NCBI GenBank assembly: GCA_052426225.1
Contig: JBNJNM010000023.1
Location: 62,001 to 126,000, forward strand
Origin: Zancudomyces culisetae HAW-14-8
Lineage: Eukaryota > Fungi > Kickxellomycota
Direction: 5' to 3'
DNA: 64,000 nt
Below the pieces are notes generated by a model. The model was not told where the DNA came from and did not search any database. It worked only from the letters and a program-made list of their open reading frames with translations. This document shows, piece after piece, positions 1 through 12,068 of this stretch. Positions within the stretch are counted from its first letter, which is position 1. Every line of letters starts with the position of its first letter. Both the position numbers and the translations under genes were made by a program.

Positions 1-1624
1 CTGCCATCCTCATTTTACTCTTTAAGAGCGAATGGTTTATGTCTGAAAATATGGGGGTAAAGTGAACTAAAATTAGCACATTGCAGTAGAGCAATTTTTT
101 TTTAAAAAAATTGGGCTTGATGGTATCTTTGCTTGAATGGGGCGGTCTAAAAGTAATTCGTCGAATTCTATAGTTTCATTGAAGTGTAAAACTAAATCCC
201 AGTAAAATGAATTCTCACATCATCCCGATTTGCCAATCGCTTGTACGCATTGATTCCTTTCTTCATACAACTTAATGACCTGTAATTATGACATAAACAA
301 TTACAATATAACTTAAACAATCATACAAACTTCAAGTTTTGCCGAGCATTCAGGCCGATTTGTAAACAGGTTCTCATTACCTTGTCCAAAAAAAAGTATC
401 ATGTGGGCTAATGTTGCATATTTGGTATCATAGGTCTAAAAATTATGCGCCTTTTCATTTATTATTATAGATTTCCCCAATGCTTCAAGGAAAGCAAAAC
501 ATATAGCAATATGACTCAACAAGGTGATGTGATCAAATGACATCCCAAAATAGAGTTTATACATATCCTTAAATAATAAAAAAGGAAACACACAGTATTT
601 TTCATTCAAAAACTAGCATTAACACTGAATTTACCATTTCACATCAAGTTGCTTGTTCAGTTAAGACATGTAGCTTTCCCCAATTCTTTCCTGTATACAT
701 TGGTTGCAACAACGCTCTATGGTTGGAAACCTTTCCTTTTTTAATATTCTTTTTCGGTGTCTACATTTGTCTACCAAGCCCTGTGTAATGATTTTTATTG
801 TCTGTCTCTTCCTTGCTGAAGAGAATAAAACCCCCTCCACTGTCCGCACTTACCTCTAATACAACCACAACCACTCCCTTCTCCCCTCTTTCCTCAGAAA
901 ATAGAAAAAAAGTCCCAGACACAGACCTGGAATAGTGACGATACTATCCTGATTTGATTTTTTTGTATTGTCCTTTTATCTATTCTATGCACTTTATGAC
1001 CAATTTGGAACAATTTTGGTAACAAGTAGTTATGTTACTAGCAACATGGTAATAAAAAAGTATGCAATGAGAAACAGCTTCTAGTTACACTGGGATTTTA
1101 TAAGGAAATCACCAAAACCCCCCCCTCCCCTCTCGCCTCAATCTTTTCCAAAGGTTGGCATGAGAATACATTAGCTGATTGTTCATTTGGTACAAGTCTT
1201 GCTTTGTGGTAAATTATCGCAGTTTTTATTTCAATTACAAAAGAAATGTTTCATAGTAGTAACAGTAAAATGGATAAAAAAATCCAAGCAAAAATAAAGC
1301 CTACAACTTTCCTGCTTGTTCCCATGACCTTCAGATGCAATAATATGCAGATATGATAAATACAAAAAATGAAAACCTGTAATTTTGTTGGCTGAAACTG
1401 GTTTTTTCTAAAACATCCCGGCTAAACAAAGAGCAATAACAGAGCTTTATTATTACCTCGTTGTCCCATTTTTCTTTCCAAAATAAAAAAAACACTATAA
1501 ATACTTGGAATACTCTCGCATCTTTTTATGTTTTGATGTTAACTATCTAGCACAAAGAATAATAAACTTTATAAAAAATATCACTAGAACACAGGTATTA
1601 AATGTTGAGCGAGAAATAGGGAGG

Positions 1625-2623
1625 ATGGGGTATAGATTCAAAACATTTTTAAAAAACACATGCGTTTATGGATGTAGCAACTGCGGCGCACACTTAACCT
1701 CCAGAAATCTTTTAATTTCAAAGGTGAGTTTGTAAAGGCATGATTCTACAAAAGCAAAATATAGTAGGGGGATACGGCTTAAGAGTGAAGAGAGAGCTAG
1801 ATAGTGGGAGAAAGAAGAATTAAGGGAGGGGAAAGGGGAATATATATACAGCCCGAACAGTGTGTAGAAAATTCGAGAAAGCAGTGGCAAAGACTCCATC
1901 TTCATACTGTTGTGGTCTTAAAAAATAAAATCGTGCTTCGAATTGCACTCGACTCTCTTAAATCTACAAAAGGAGACACTTGTGCGAAAGATACAAAATA
2001 ATAATAAGCAAATTATATAGGCTAAGCCTGCTTGTTTGAGGAGTTTTTTTTTTTTTGGTGATTAATCGAGAATACTTATATTCTGAGTATATGTATAATA
2101 GCACTACCAAGGAAAATTTGGAAGAGCTTACTTGTACAAAAAAGTGTAAGAGTGCTTTTAATTGTATTGAAAGTCATACTTTAGAAATATATTCAAAGAA
2201 AAAAGTTAAAAAGAAAGAATAACATATTAACCTGCTTGTGCTTATGATATCTGTGCTCTAAACAGAATAAACACGACAGATGGTCCCAAACAAAAGAGAT
2301 CTATGACTACGGGCGTGCATATAGTTAGAGATATAAAATGCTGTTTTTGTGGAAGCTATCTCGGCTGGCGATATGTAGGTTACTTTATAGCTTGGTTTTA
2401 TGAACTTATCTGTTTCACTGCATATTTATGAATTTACTCTTCATACTCGATCTCTAGAAATTTCTTTTTTTTATTTGGCTTTTTTAATGCTTAATGATGC
2501 ACAAAATAGCTTGTTGCATACTCCCCAGATCAAAAGTTCAAGGAGGGTAAATTCATACTGGAAAAGGCAAGGGTCAACCTACTGGGGGAAAACGAGTTCG
2601 GCATAGGCATGTTTCGAATATAA
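1625..2623 (+). CDS. Yippee/MOH1-like zinc-binding protein (4 exons)
   Basis: Exons 1625-1723, 2102-2145, 2266-2374, 2510-2623 joined by GT-AG introns give MGYRFKTFL..YGCSNCGAHL..LISKHYQGKFGRAYLYKKVIN..RSMTTGVHIVRDIKCCFCGSYLGWRY..DQKFKEGKFILE, the Yippee signature with two CxxC pairs. Confidence 0.92.
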
Positions 2624-4058
2624 TTGTGCATTTCAGTAGGTCTGGTCGATACTTGACATTCTCAAGGGGGGGTATATCACCCAATAACCAAAGAAAATGG
2701 TAGACGTTAATTCTTGTACATCTGGACTTTGGCTTTGTATTATTTTTTTTCTTTATTGAGCAACCGCCAGGTTGTGATTTTGTTTTCTTTACATTTTATT
2801 TGAAACAATGTTGTACTTTTACTATTGATTAAACCTGAAAAAACCACGGACAATAAATTGGGATCTAAAATAAGTTGCTATTGTCAGCTTGTTGATACCT
2901 CCCTCTGTAAAGAAAAAATGTTAGTGGTTCAAATAGTGAGTAGGGATGTGATGTATCAAGCGTGAGACTCTAAAAACAAGAAGAAAAACGAGCTGAATGC
3001 AAGTCATGTGGGAACTACTAGAACTAGCAATATATTAGGGAATAGATGTATTATTCCCACTCATTATTTGGCAGAGTATTTAGGGTTCTAATACTCTAAT
3101 CATAGCTGTTGATTTTGTGGTAAATTCTGTGGTATGGAGGATCAAAATTAGAGTAAGCTGAGTGTGATCAAATGGTATAAATGTGAGTATCGGTGATGTC
3201 ATTCCAGAGAGATGGAATAATATACCCACGAGAAGACTCGTTCAGCCGGAACGTATTTTTATTGAGACACTTATTTGGTTGGTTGATGAGTTTTGGTGGG
3301 CGGGTTTTTTCACATTCATTTTTGCGTTAACTGTATTTTTGCACTTTTAACTTACTTTTCTTAGCATTATAGCTTTGAAAACCAAACAAAGTGGACTCCA
3401 AATGATCGAATTGTTTTTAAATAAAATACCAAGATTTGTTCATTTTCCAAAGCTAGATCTAAAAAAGAGTCAATTGTTTTGTTCTCTCGTTTTGTCTTTT
3501 GGCATAGCAGAGTAAATGAAAAATAGCAAAAGATTGTGGTACAATTTTATAATTCCAAGAAGAAAAAAGCAAGATGAAAAAGAAAAGACTGGCTTGGGCG
3601 GTTTATGATACTGTTATCTTTGTAAAACAGTCCTCGAACGTGAAAAAAAAATTGCGTACCCAGCAGTGTGAAAATATGGTCAATTTTCTAAGAAATGAAA
3701 ATCTGGTTTTCCAAATATTAAATGTAAAACATCTATATTAAAAGCCCAGGAGCGGTTTTTGTTTTGGTCTTAAAAAGGCTTTGTTTATTTTTTTTTATGC
3801 GAAAAACGACAAACGAAAAAAAGGACGGCCACTTTTGAGAGATGGGAATAAGATAACGAATTTAGCTATCTAACTAACGCCAAACAAACCATTATTCGAT
3901 TAAAAACTGAATTCGAGTCAAGGAACCTAAAAAGAACGGAGCCGATATTTGTACCGCAAAACAAAAAATTTTTTTTAGCACGACGGTAAGGCCAGAAGAG
4001 CAATTTAGCCCTCCCTCCTCCCTCTTCCCTCCTCTTTTTTTTTTCTTTTTTTCTGAAA

Positions 4059-5381
4059 ATGTCGAAAATGAAGGAACGGGACTATACTAACTTATACTAT
4101 GAAAACTATGAAAAGCTGAAACATTTGAGCGAATATTATAAAAACATCAAAAACAACGAGTTTCCAGCAACTCGAACTCTATGGAGATTATTTTGTAGTA
4201 TATTGGAAAAGAAAGAGACCAAGACCAATACGGCAGAAAATGGTGGGGTGAGTAGCGGGAATATTCATTTTGAGTATCTAATGTTGAGGCTTGGAATATT
4301 CCTTATCAAAATATTACACAAGATAGAACAAAAGGTGTACAAACTCAATCCAGTGTACCGACTGATGCTGAGGTGGGATAAAGTCATTCCACCAATCTTG
4401 AGCTTTCTAGCTGGATCTGCCAGTACCGCATTTGTTGTTAAATATTTATTTGGGAGGTATAGAGCAGAGTTTTTAGCGGCAGTTGGAATTGTGCGCCCAA
4501 CGCTCCAATCAATTATTGTGGCTACATATGGAAGTGAATCTTTGTATAAGGATGCGAGGGGTGAGTGTGAGAACGAGAGCAAAAATAAAACCAAGTCAAA
4601 TATATATAATGTTTATCATTTAGATGGCGAATCAAGCGTACTAGGAGCAAATGACGATGGTAAACTACAAGGAGGAAATGGGGGAATGGAAATTGAAGAA
4701 GGCTATGGTTTATACAATAAGGATACAACAGAGGTCGAATATTCATTGAGAGTAGATAGTGCACACTCGCTTGAAAATGATTATGTGCAGCATGCAAGTG
4801 TACATACAGGTTCGATATTTAATACATCAAATAAAAGTTTCGGCGCAAGGCATCATAACGAACAAGCAGTAGGCCATTCATTTTATCAAACGCCAGGAGA
4901 AGATATCCGCCAGTGGTTGGCGTACTGGGTCTTTTACAGCGCATTTTTGAGTTTAGACAAGTTATCAAAACGGTTTAGCCTATTCGATAGCATTGGCACC
5001 CCTTTCCATTCCCCAGCCGTTTATGATATTTGTAAAGTTCTCATTCTTTTGTGGATGCAAGGGAAATCATCTAGAGGTGCGCTGACACTGTACAATTACC
5101 TTATCCGACCTATTCTTCCGCCATGTGAGTACAGGAATATCACATTAACTGAAGTTGTACCACTGACATCTAATTCTACTACTGCTGCGCAGTCTGTTTT
5201 ATCATCCTCAAACCAAACTCGAAACAACGAAAACACAATTAATGTCAACGCTAATGCTAGTAACAAATATACATCGAACAGTGCCATTACTAACCCTATT
5301 AACACTACTACCACGTTTGGTCGTGCTACCAATAGATGGGATGATGGCCAGACGGCAAAACACTCCTTGTATTGGAATTAA
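4059..5381 (+). CDS. TB2/DP1/HVA22 (REEP/Yop1-like) membrane protein with long extensions
   Basis: 440-aa ORF. GIVRPTLQS..DIRQWLAYWVFYSAF..YDICKVLILLWMQ..RGALTLYNYLIRP matches the HVA22/DP1 pattern. Confidence 0.75.
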   Translation: MSKMKERDYTNLYYENYEKLKHLSEYYKNIKNNEFPATRTLWRLFCSILEKKETKTNTAENGGVSSGNIHFEYLMLRLGIFLIKILHKIEQKVYKLNPVYRLMLRWDKVIPPILSFLAGSASTAFVVKYLFGRYRAEFLAAVGIVRPTLQSIIVATYGSESLYKDARGECENESKNKTKSNIYNVYHLDGESSVLGANDDGKLQGGNGGMEIEEGYGLYNKDTTEVEYSLRVDSAHSLENDYVQHASVHTGSIFNTSNKSFGARHHNEQAVGHSFYQTPGEDIRQWLAYWVFYSAFLSLDKLSKRFSLFDSIGTPFHSPAVYDICKVLILLWMQGKSSRGALTLYNYLIRPILPPCEYRNITLTEVVPLTSNSTTAAQSVLSSSNQTRNNENTINVNANASNKYTSNSAITNPINTTTTFGRATNRWDDGQTAKHSLYWN

Positions 5382-6669
5382 TGCTGAAAAATTTCTATCT
5401 AAGTATTTTTGTAGTGTAGTTTTTTTTTATTTAGACCGTTTTATTTTTATATGCATGGTCAACACCCTTATTCTATTTTGAATAAAGAATGATATCAGTT
5501 GATTGTTATGTCTCTGAATAGTATTGGTATAAAGTTGATATTTTTGGCTGAAAAAAAAATAATCAACATCCAATAAGCAGGTATTCAAGAACATCTTTTG
5601 TTAGGGGTGGGGAAGGAGAAGGAGGAATAAGAGAAGAAAGAGGGTGTGCCAAATTGAACCAGTAAATATCTTGTGAGACTGGACGGCGCAGGGGGGGGGG
5701 GGGGGGTGGGGGAAGAGGCTAATCATATATCTAATTATTGCATTTGCGAGATAGCAGCAAGTGTACCTACCCTCGTACATTACCTGCAAATAGGGAGATG
5801 GTGATAGCGGTTCATTAATTAGAACAAATTTACGAGCATTTAAAACAAGGGAAAAACTGCTATGACCCAAAATGACGAGCAGGCAGTGACAGTGCACAAA
5901 GAAAAATAGAAAGAAAGAGGGTGATAGCTGCGTGGATGTATCACTTGATATCTAAACAAATGCGAGATTTTACACAGTAAATATACTACTTTGATAAAAC
6001 AGTTCCAGTTGGCTCAAAGTGATGAAGCTTAGCGATATTTGTGAATTGTGGTAGTAGATGTAATAAATGCATGCATTTGGATTAGGCTTCTTCGTTAGGT
6101 GAATAAGAGGCCTTTCAGTCTTTTTCTTGGAGTTGAGGTGATTTTTTTGGCAGATAATAGCATATTGCTAAAAAAAAACCTACAAAAAATGGTGGTAGAA
6201 CTTCATAGTTAGAAAACGAAAAATAACATTCAAATTCGTTTTATTTTTTTCATTTGGTATTACGAACAGCATTTATTCTAAATCCAACTGGTCAATTAGG
6301 CTACAACAAAGGAAATTTTGGTAGAAGAAAGCACTGGAAAAAAGAAAAGTAGCAGACAAGAGGGAGGAAGTATATGCACCCATTGAGACTGTGGTAGTGG
6401 GTTTGTGGGAATTTTAAAGTAACAGATATTTGGATAAAGGCCATAAGTATTGGCGAAAACCAAAAGCGATAAAAGGCATTTATTGCATCAAGCAAAACGG
6501 TAAATACAAGAAAATTGGAAAAAAAAACTGAGCAAATTCGGCGAATAGCGAATAAATTACAAAAACACGCAAATACATTGGTAGCAAAATAAAAATAAAA
6601 GCTAATAAACCCCAGTCAAAAGCAATTTGCAAAACACAAAAATAATTTGTTTATAATAAAGAGGGATTA

Positions 6670-6722
6670 TAGTAAAGTATAGTAAAGTATAGTATAGTAT
6701 AGTATAGTATAGTAAAGTGTAG
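6670..6722 (+). repeat. (AGTAT/AGTAA)n pentanucleotide microsatellite
   Basis: About 10 tandem units. The same AGTAT unit recurs at about 24705-24733. Confidence 0.85.
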
Positions 6723-6988
6723 TGTATATATTCTGAACATAATTTCCAAGCGGAGGCTATACAGGAGAAAAGAGAGTATATTGATCTAAAGTGGCGTCAT
6801 TATTTATTTTTGGTATATAAACTAATGTCATAGGAAGGGAAAGCCTCAAGATTAGAACTGGATTGAAATTAAACAACTTGAGGGTGCAAAAAGTAAAAAA
6901 CAGGAAAAGCACAACCCCCAAGTTGTATAAAGTGGCAGTTGCGCATAAGATATAACAAAATAGAAATAAAGAGAGAAAAAAGAGAAAG

Positions 6989-8374
6989 ATGGAATCGGAA
7001 AGTGTAAATGGAACTGGGGCAGGAGCAGGAACTGGAGCAGGAACTGGAACAGGGACACCAAGTGCAGGCATAGAAGAAAGAGCACTTAATCGAGAAAACA
7101 CAGCAAATGTGGAGGGAATAATGCGTACGGAGGTGATGCCAGCTACGCCACTAGGGATTGGAGTGGAGATGGGAGGAGGTAGCGAGGTAGAGTTAGGGGA
7201 AGGAGAGATGGAAGGAGAAAAAAAGCCAGTGCCACATATTCGAATTGTTCCACACATAGTGGATGTGAGGCATTGTTTGTATTTTGATGTAATAGATCGG
7301 GATGTTCCAGAAAACAGCGTGATAAAGGTGGGACGGTTTACAGATCGGGTTTCGCAGCAAGCAACGCGAATTGCGTTTAAGAGTAAGGTGGTGAGTCGAA
7401 GTCATGCAGAGATTTGGACAGAAAACGGAGAATTTTTTATTCGGGACACAAAGAGCTCTTCAGGGACGTTTTTGAACCACATGCGATTGGCTCCACCAGG
7501 AGTGGAGAGCCGGCCATATCCGCTAAGAGATGGCGATATTTTGCAGCTGGGAGTAGACTACCAGGGCGGATCGATTGATATATACAAATGTGTAAAAATC
7601 CGGTTGGAAATAAATCGGACCTGGCAGCGAAGCAAGGAGAATCCGTTTAGGTAAGCAACAAAGTATATTAAGTAAATAGACGTAACTAACAATGGTAAAT
7701 AAAATAGAAAACAAATGCTGAAAAATATCCAGGATTCAGTGTCGGCCTTCAACCAAATCAACGATACTAAGGGTGACAAAAACGAATGCTGTATCTGTCT
7801 GTACAACATGGTTGCGTTCCAGGCCCTCTTCGTTGCTCCCTGCTCGCACTGCTTCCACTTCAAGTGCGTCAAGCCTCTGCTGTTCACATCAACGGGCTTT
7901 AACTGTCCTCTCTGTCGCACCTATGCCGACCTCGAAGCCAGTGTCACAGACGACGAAGATGATATAGTCGCCGAATCGACCGATGATCCTGACTCCAACG
8001 TTGCGGAAATCGCTGGCCAGCTGCCCCGCGCTGTTCAGATTGTTCAATCGCAGTTCCACCAGTCCATCTCTGAACTAGAAAGCCCTACTGCAGATCCGCC
8101 ACAAGCTGCCCACGACGCTGATTCTGCAGTTGAACCCGGGGTCGAGGCTGATGTCGATGTTGATGTTGGGGCTCAGGCTGATACCGAGGCTACTCCCAAC
8201 CACTCTAATCGCCCAGTGGATCGCTCCGTTGGTTCTACTCCCGTAGGCAGCATCCCCACTAGTCTCATGACATCTGTTTATCAACACTCCTCCGACAATC
8301 AGGCCCCTGCACCTGCCAATCCTGATCCTCCCACCGATCAAGATTGCCAGTCTGATGATATGCACACCTCTTAA
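6989..8374 (+). CDS. DMA1: FHA-RING E3 ubiquitin ligase, Dma1/Dma2 family (2 exons)
   Basis: Exon 1 6989-7650 has an FHA domain (VGRF..FKSKVVSRSHAEIW..DTKSSSGTFLN..GDILQLGVDYQGG). Intron 7651-7707 (GTAAGC..CTAAC..TAG). Exon 2 7708-8374 has RING-H2 ECCICL..QALFVAPCSHCFHFKC..CPLCRTYADLEA. Confidence 0.93.
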
Positions 8375-8429
8375 TTCTTTTATTTTATTTTATACTATAT
8401 TTTATATCTCCGTATTTTAGCATATCTAA

Positions 8430-11400
8430 TTAATAAACCTGCTTTGCTCTAGAACCAACTACCACTTTCTCTTCCATTTTTCCCAAAAATCCAAACACCG
8501 ACAATTCCATTACATACATCTCATCAAACACTCGGTTTCCATCGTATCCTCCATACAAATATATCTTGCCATCCTCATACACTGCTGTGTGGTATCCACG
8601 TCCCATAGGAATGTCCCCTCCTACCCGCACCTCGTATCGCTCCCCTGCTCTTCCTCCAACCCATTGCAATGTATCCAGTCGCAGAATCTGCACTCCATTG
8701 CTGTACCCCATCCCATTATGTCCCATTATGATAAACAAGTGCGGCCCAACTACCACTGCACTATGTGCCAGTCGTCTTTGCCCACGCACCCTCCCTTTCT
8801 CTTTCTCGCTTTCTTTTTCTTTTTCCGCTTTATTTATATTACTTTCGCTGTCACCACCACTTTCGTCATCAACATCTTCCTCACTACCATTCCCTCCAAT
8901 CTTAAACCGTGTCCAAGTTAGTGTCTTCATATCCAACACATATAGCTCATCGGCACTATACAACTGTGTTCCATCAGCGCTTCCTCCATATACTAATACT
9001 TGGTCACCATTATATACATTTGCCGTGTGGTAGCCTCGCGGTGGTGGCTTGGCGCCTTTAGTCTCAAGCTTAACCCATTTGAATCTGCGTATCCCTCCAT
9101 CCCTGCTTTCCTGGCCATGATTTATTGGAACCAATTTATACAAATCGTTTAGCGCAAACTTTCCATTACCTCCGCCGAATAAATACATCCTTTCTTCGTC
9201 ATCATCATCATCTTCTTCATCTTCTTCATCATCATCTTCTTCTCCTTCTCCCAATTCTCCGATTTTTGACGTATCATTCTTTTGTGTATTATATATGGTT
9301 TTGCCCTTATAGAAAAAACATACATGTGACCGCCGTTTTGATGGTATTCCATATTCACCTTCACCTTCACCCTCATCCATATGTACATAAAGGCCCTTTT
9401 TTTTATTATCATCTCCTATACCCATAGCTAACTCTGGATTAATATCTGCTTCAGCGCTATCATCTATACCAATTTCAATATATCCCCTACTCCATCTCAT
9501 TTTATGAGTATCTAATATCCATAAATCGTTATAAAACACACTATTATCATCCCCCCCTCCTCCAAACACATACATTTCGTCGCCAGCGCCGGTTACCACC
9601 GCACTGTGTGACCGCCTTCCCCGAATATTACCAGCCTTCCTACCCAACCCTGTTCCAAACCCCATCCTTTGTCCCTGCTTTTGCTGGTATATTTTGGTTT
9701 CTTGCTTTCCCCGCTCACTTTTTCCAAATATGCTAGAACTACCTCCACCAATCTCGAAAGATTCCGTATAATCCACCACAAAATCATCAGCATTCTCATT
9801 TTCGTTTATTTCGGTTTTAATCTTGCTCCACTCCATCTGTTTTGGGTTGAACATATACACATCCTCATTGCACCTCTGATTGTCCCACCCGCCATATAAC
9901 AACATAAACCTGCCCATCGCCAAGCGCGTGTTTTTGTAACTAGACTCTTGCCTATCAGCCAATTCCATCCTCTTTGTCTGGTCATCTTCGCTATCCTCAT
10001 CACTATCACTACCATCATCGCTTACTACATCTGTATAATACCTAACGCCATTCACACTGGCTCCATCCTCTTTACTTTTTACTCTACCTTTACCCTTATC
10101 GTTATCTTTACTATTACCTTTGCCTTTGCCCTCGCTTTTACCTTTACCTTTATATTTATCTTTACTCCTGTTTTTGCTTTTACCACTTTTACCGCCTCTG
10201 ATCGGATTAACTATACTCCTATTTTTTCCAAGAATCTGGCTAATTACCATGGTATGCGATCGTAATTTACCCGGCATATCCTTGCCTCTTATTATAGGCT
10301 TGTACCAGTACAGTCCCATTCCGCTACTCAAGTCATATGTTGGGGTTGCAGTGATAAGTGTTTGCATTAAAAAGTTCTGACTATATGTCTGGCTGTAGTT
10401 TTGACTATTGTTGTAGCTATGCTGGTACATATGTGAATAACTGCCCCGACCCCTCTCCGCACTTTTTCGTAGTTGTTGTAGCCTCAAATCCCCAAAAGAC
10501 ACACCTCGTGCCTCTCCTTCTCCATCCCTAACCCCATCCCTAACCCCATCATCTTCCTCCAAGTGCCCCCTTCTTCCCGTTATTCTTGGAGTTAGTCCGA
10601 ACCCAATGTTTCGAGCACTATTGATACTGTTGGTACTGTATATACTGCTTATACTGTTGTTGTTGCTACTATTATCCATATTTCCATGTGTTCTGATACT
10701 ATTATTTCTACTCACTCCACCTACATTGTCCCGGTTGTTCTTAGCCACACCAATACTATCAATGCTGCTTATGCTTGCTCCATGTGCACTGTTATACCAT
10801 CTTGACGAAAAATTTCCACCACTTTCTGGTACCACACTGCTAATACTGCTATTATTATTGTGGTACCTGATATCACCGCCTTGGTGGGTGTTACTGCCAT
10901 TACCAACATTTAAAGATTCTTTACCTCCCAGATATATCCTTCCCCTCTCTTTTCCTCGCCTTTCTCTCTCCAGAGTCATTCCTGTCGCTATCGAGTCGTA
11001 GCTACTGTTGATACTATTGTTTCTGTCATTCATAGATTGCATCACCCTTCCTATATTGCTATTGATGCTTGGATTTCCCGGGCCGTCTCCTTCTCTATTT
11101 AGTTCATATATACCGTTGACGTTTCTACGTACCCTCTCGCCCATGATTCCAGCCGATCCTAGCCCCATCCGACTGAAGCTCATATTCTCACTTGTGAAGT
11201 GCCTTCTACTACCTCTATTTTCCTCATTCTCTCTCCTGATCTTTGTTCCATCTTGCCTGTTTCGACTTTGATCTCTTTTCTCCTCGTTTTTTTGTTTAGT
11301 TTGTTCAAGATACCCACTAATGGTTCTACTCAACCCATTAACACTCCTTTGACTATCCTGTAGTCCTAAATAAACACCTTTTACTCCTACACTTTTTTTT

Positions 11401-11501
11401 ACTTGCCCTGTGCCTGTTTCCTTTTTTTGTACTTGTGTCTGTGCCTGTGTTTGCGTTCTAAGCGATCCCTCCCTGCTCTTTTCGCTAACCGAACTTGCCA
11501 T
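8430..11501 (-). CDS. Kelch-repeat beta-propeller protein with long low-complexity N-terminus
   Basis: Six kelch-like units (RSHTMV..LYGG, RRSHSAV..VFGG, RRSHV..LFGG, RGYHTA..VYGG, RLAHSA..IMG, RGYHTAV..LYGG). First ATG is at 11501; the ORF track starts at an upstream TTG. Confidence 0.85.
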   Translation of the reverse strand: MASSVSEKSREGSLRTQTQAQTQVQKKETGTGQVKKSVGVKGVYLGLQDSQRSVNGLSRTISGYLEQTKQKNEEKRDQSRNRQDGTKIRRENEENRGSRRHFTSENMSFSRMGLGSAGIMGERVRRNVNGIYELNREGDGPGNPSINSNIGRVMQSMNDRNNSINSSYDSIATGMTLERERRGKERGRIYLGGKESLNVGNGSNTHQGGDIRYHNNNSSISSVVPESGGNFSSRWYNSAHGASISSIDSIGVAKNNRDNVGGVSRNNSIRTHGNMDNSSNNNSISSIYSTNSINSARNIGFGLTPRITGRRGHLEEDDGVRDGVRDGEGEARGVSFGDLRLQQLRKSAERGRGSYSHMYQHSYNNSQNYSQTYSQNFLMQTLITATPTYDLSSGMGLYWYKPIIRGKDMPGKLRSHTMVISQILGKNRSIVNPIRGGKSGKSKNRSKDKYKGKGKSEGKGKGNSKDNDKGKGRVKSKEDGASVNGVRYYTDVVSDDGSDSDEDSEDDQTKRMELADRQESSYKNTRLAMGRFMLLYGGWDNQRCNEDVYMFNPKQMEWSKIKTEINENENADDFVVDYTESFEIGGGSSSIFGKSERGKQETKIYQQKQGQRMGFGTGLGRKAGNIRGRRSHSAVVTGAGDEMYVFGGGGDDNSVFYNDLWILDTHKMRWSRGYIEIGIDDSAEADINPELAMGIGDDNKKKGLYVHMDEGEGEGEYGIPSKRRSHVCFFYKGKTIYNTQKNDTSKIGELGEGEEDDDEEDEEDDDDDEERMYLFGGGNGKFALNDLYKLVPINHGQESRDGGIRRFKWVKLETKGAKPPPRGYHTANVYNGDQVLVYGGSADGTQLYSADELYVLDMKTLTWTRFKIGGNGSEEDVDDESGGDSESNINKAEKEKESEKEKGRVRGQRRLAHSAVVVGPHLFIIMGHNGMGYSNGVQILRLDTLQWVGGRAGERYEVRVGGDIPMGRGYHTAVYEDGKIYLYGGYDGNRVFDEMYVMELSVFGFLGKMEEKVVVGSRAKQVY

Positions 11502-11886
11502 TTTCGCGCTATTTCTGTGTTTTCTGCCCTCTTTTTTGCCACCCAACTAGTGTGAATTAGTGTTACCCTAATTATCACTGTAGTCTTCTTTTTTTTTACA
11601 ACTAGTAACCCAGTCTTGTTCCTATAATTTTTTCTTGCCTGCGTTCCTGCTGCTTTATTCGCTTAGGTATTGTAATTAAATATCAATATTCTAGCAACTT
11701 TACCGTGATATTTATTCTACAATTGTGGCTTTACACAAGTTATAATCGCACATATCTCCTGTAAGAGTTATATGGGTTTGACTACAAGTAGGATTCTTTT
11801 ATCTTTTTTTTTCTGGTAAATTGAAGTGTAGAGGTATTTAAGAAACTGAAATGTTTAGGTAAATGGTGCGTTTTTTTATGATCAAT

Positions 11887-12068
11887 TCAAAAATCCAAAA
11901 ACTCGAAAAATCCAAAAACTCAAAAACCTAAATCCCAAAGCGCAAATTTCAAATTTCAAATTTCAAATTTCAAATTTCAAATTCCAAAACTCGAATTCCA
12001 AAACTCAAATTCCAAAACTCAAATTCCAAAACTCAAATTCCAAAACCAAGTTCAAAAAAACTCAAAAA
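11887..12068. repeat. Compound minisatellite: (CAAATTT)x5 grading into (CAAATTCCAAAACT)x~5
   Basis: Directly visible tandem 7-bp and 14-bp units upstream of the kelch gene. Confidence 0.85.

Noticed and set aside
1-570. Possible spliced minus-strand exons (TYDTKYATLAH..SCMKKGINAYKRLANRDD)
   Set aside because: Splice-like signals exist but I could not build a complete model or recognise a product.
8566-11271. Long antisense Leu/Pro/Ser-rich ORFs over the kelch gene (similar ones over CPR, the mucin-like gene and LINE ORF1)
   Set aside because: Expected by-product of purine skew and repeats, which deplete stop codons on the opposite strand.
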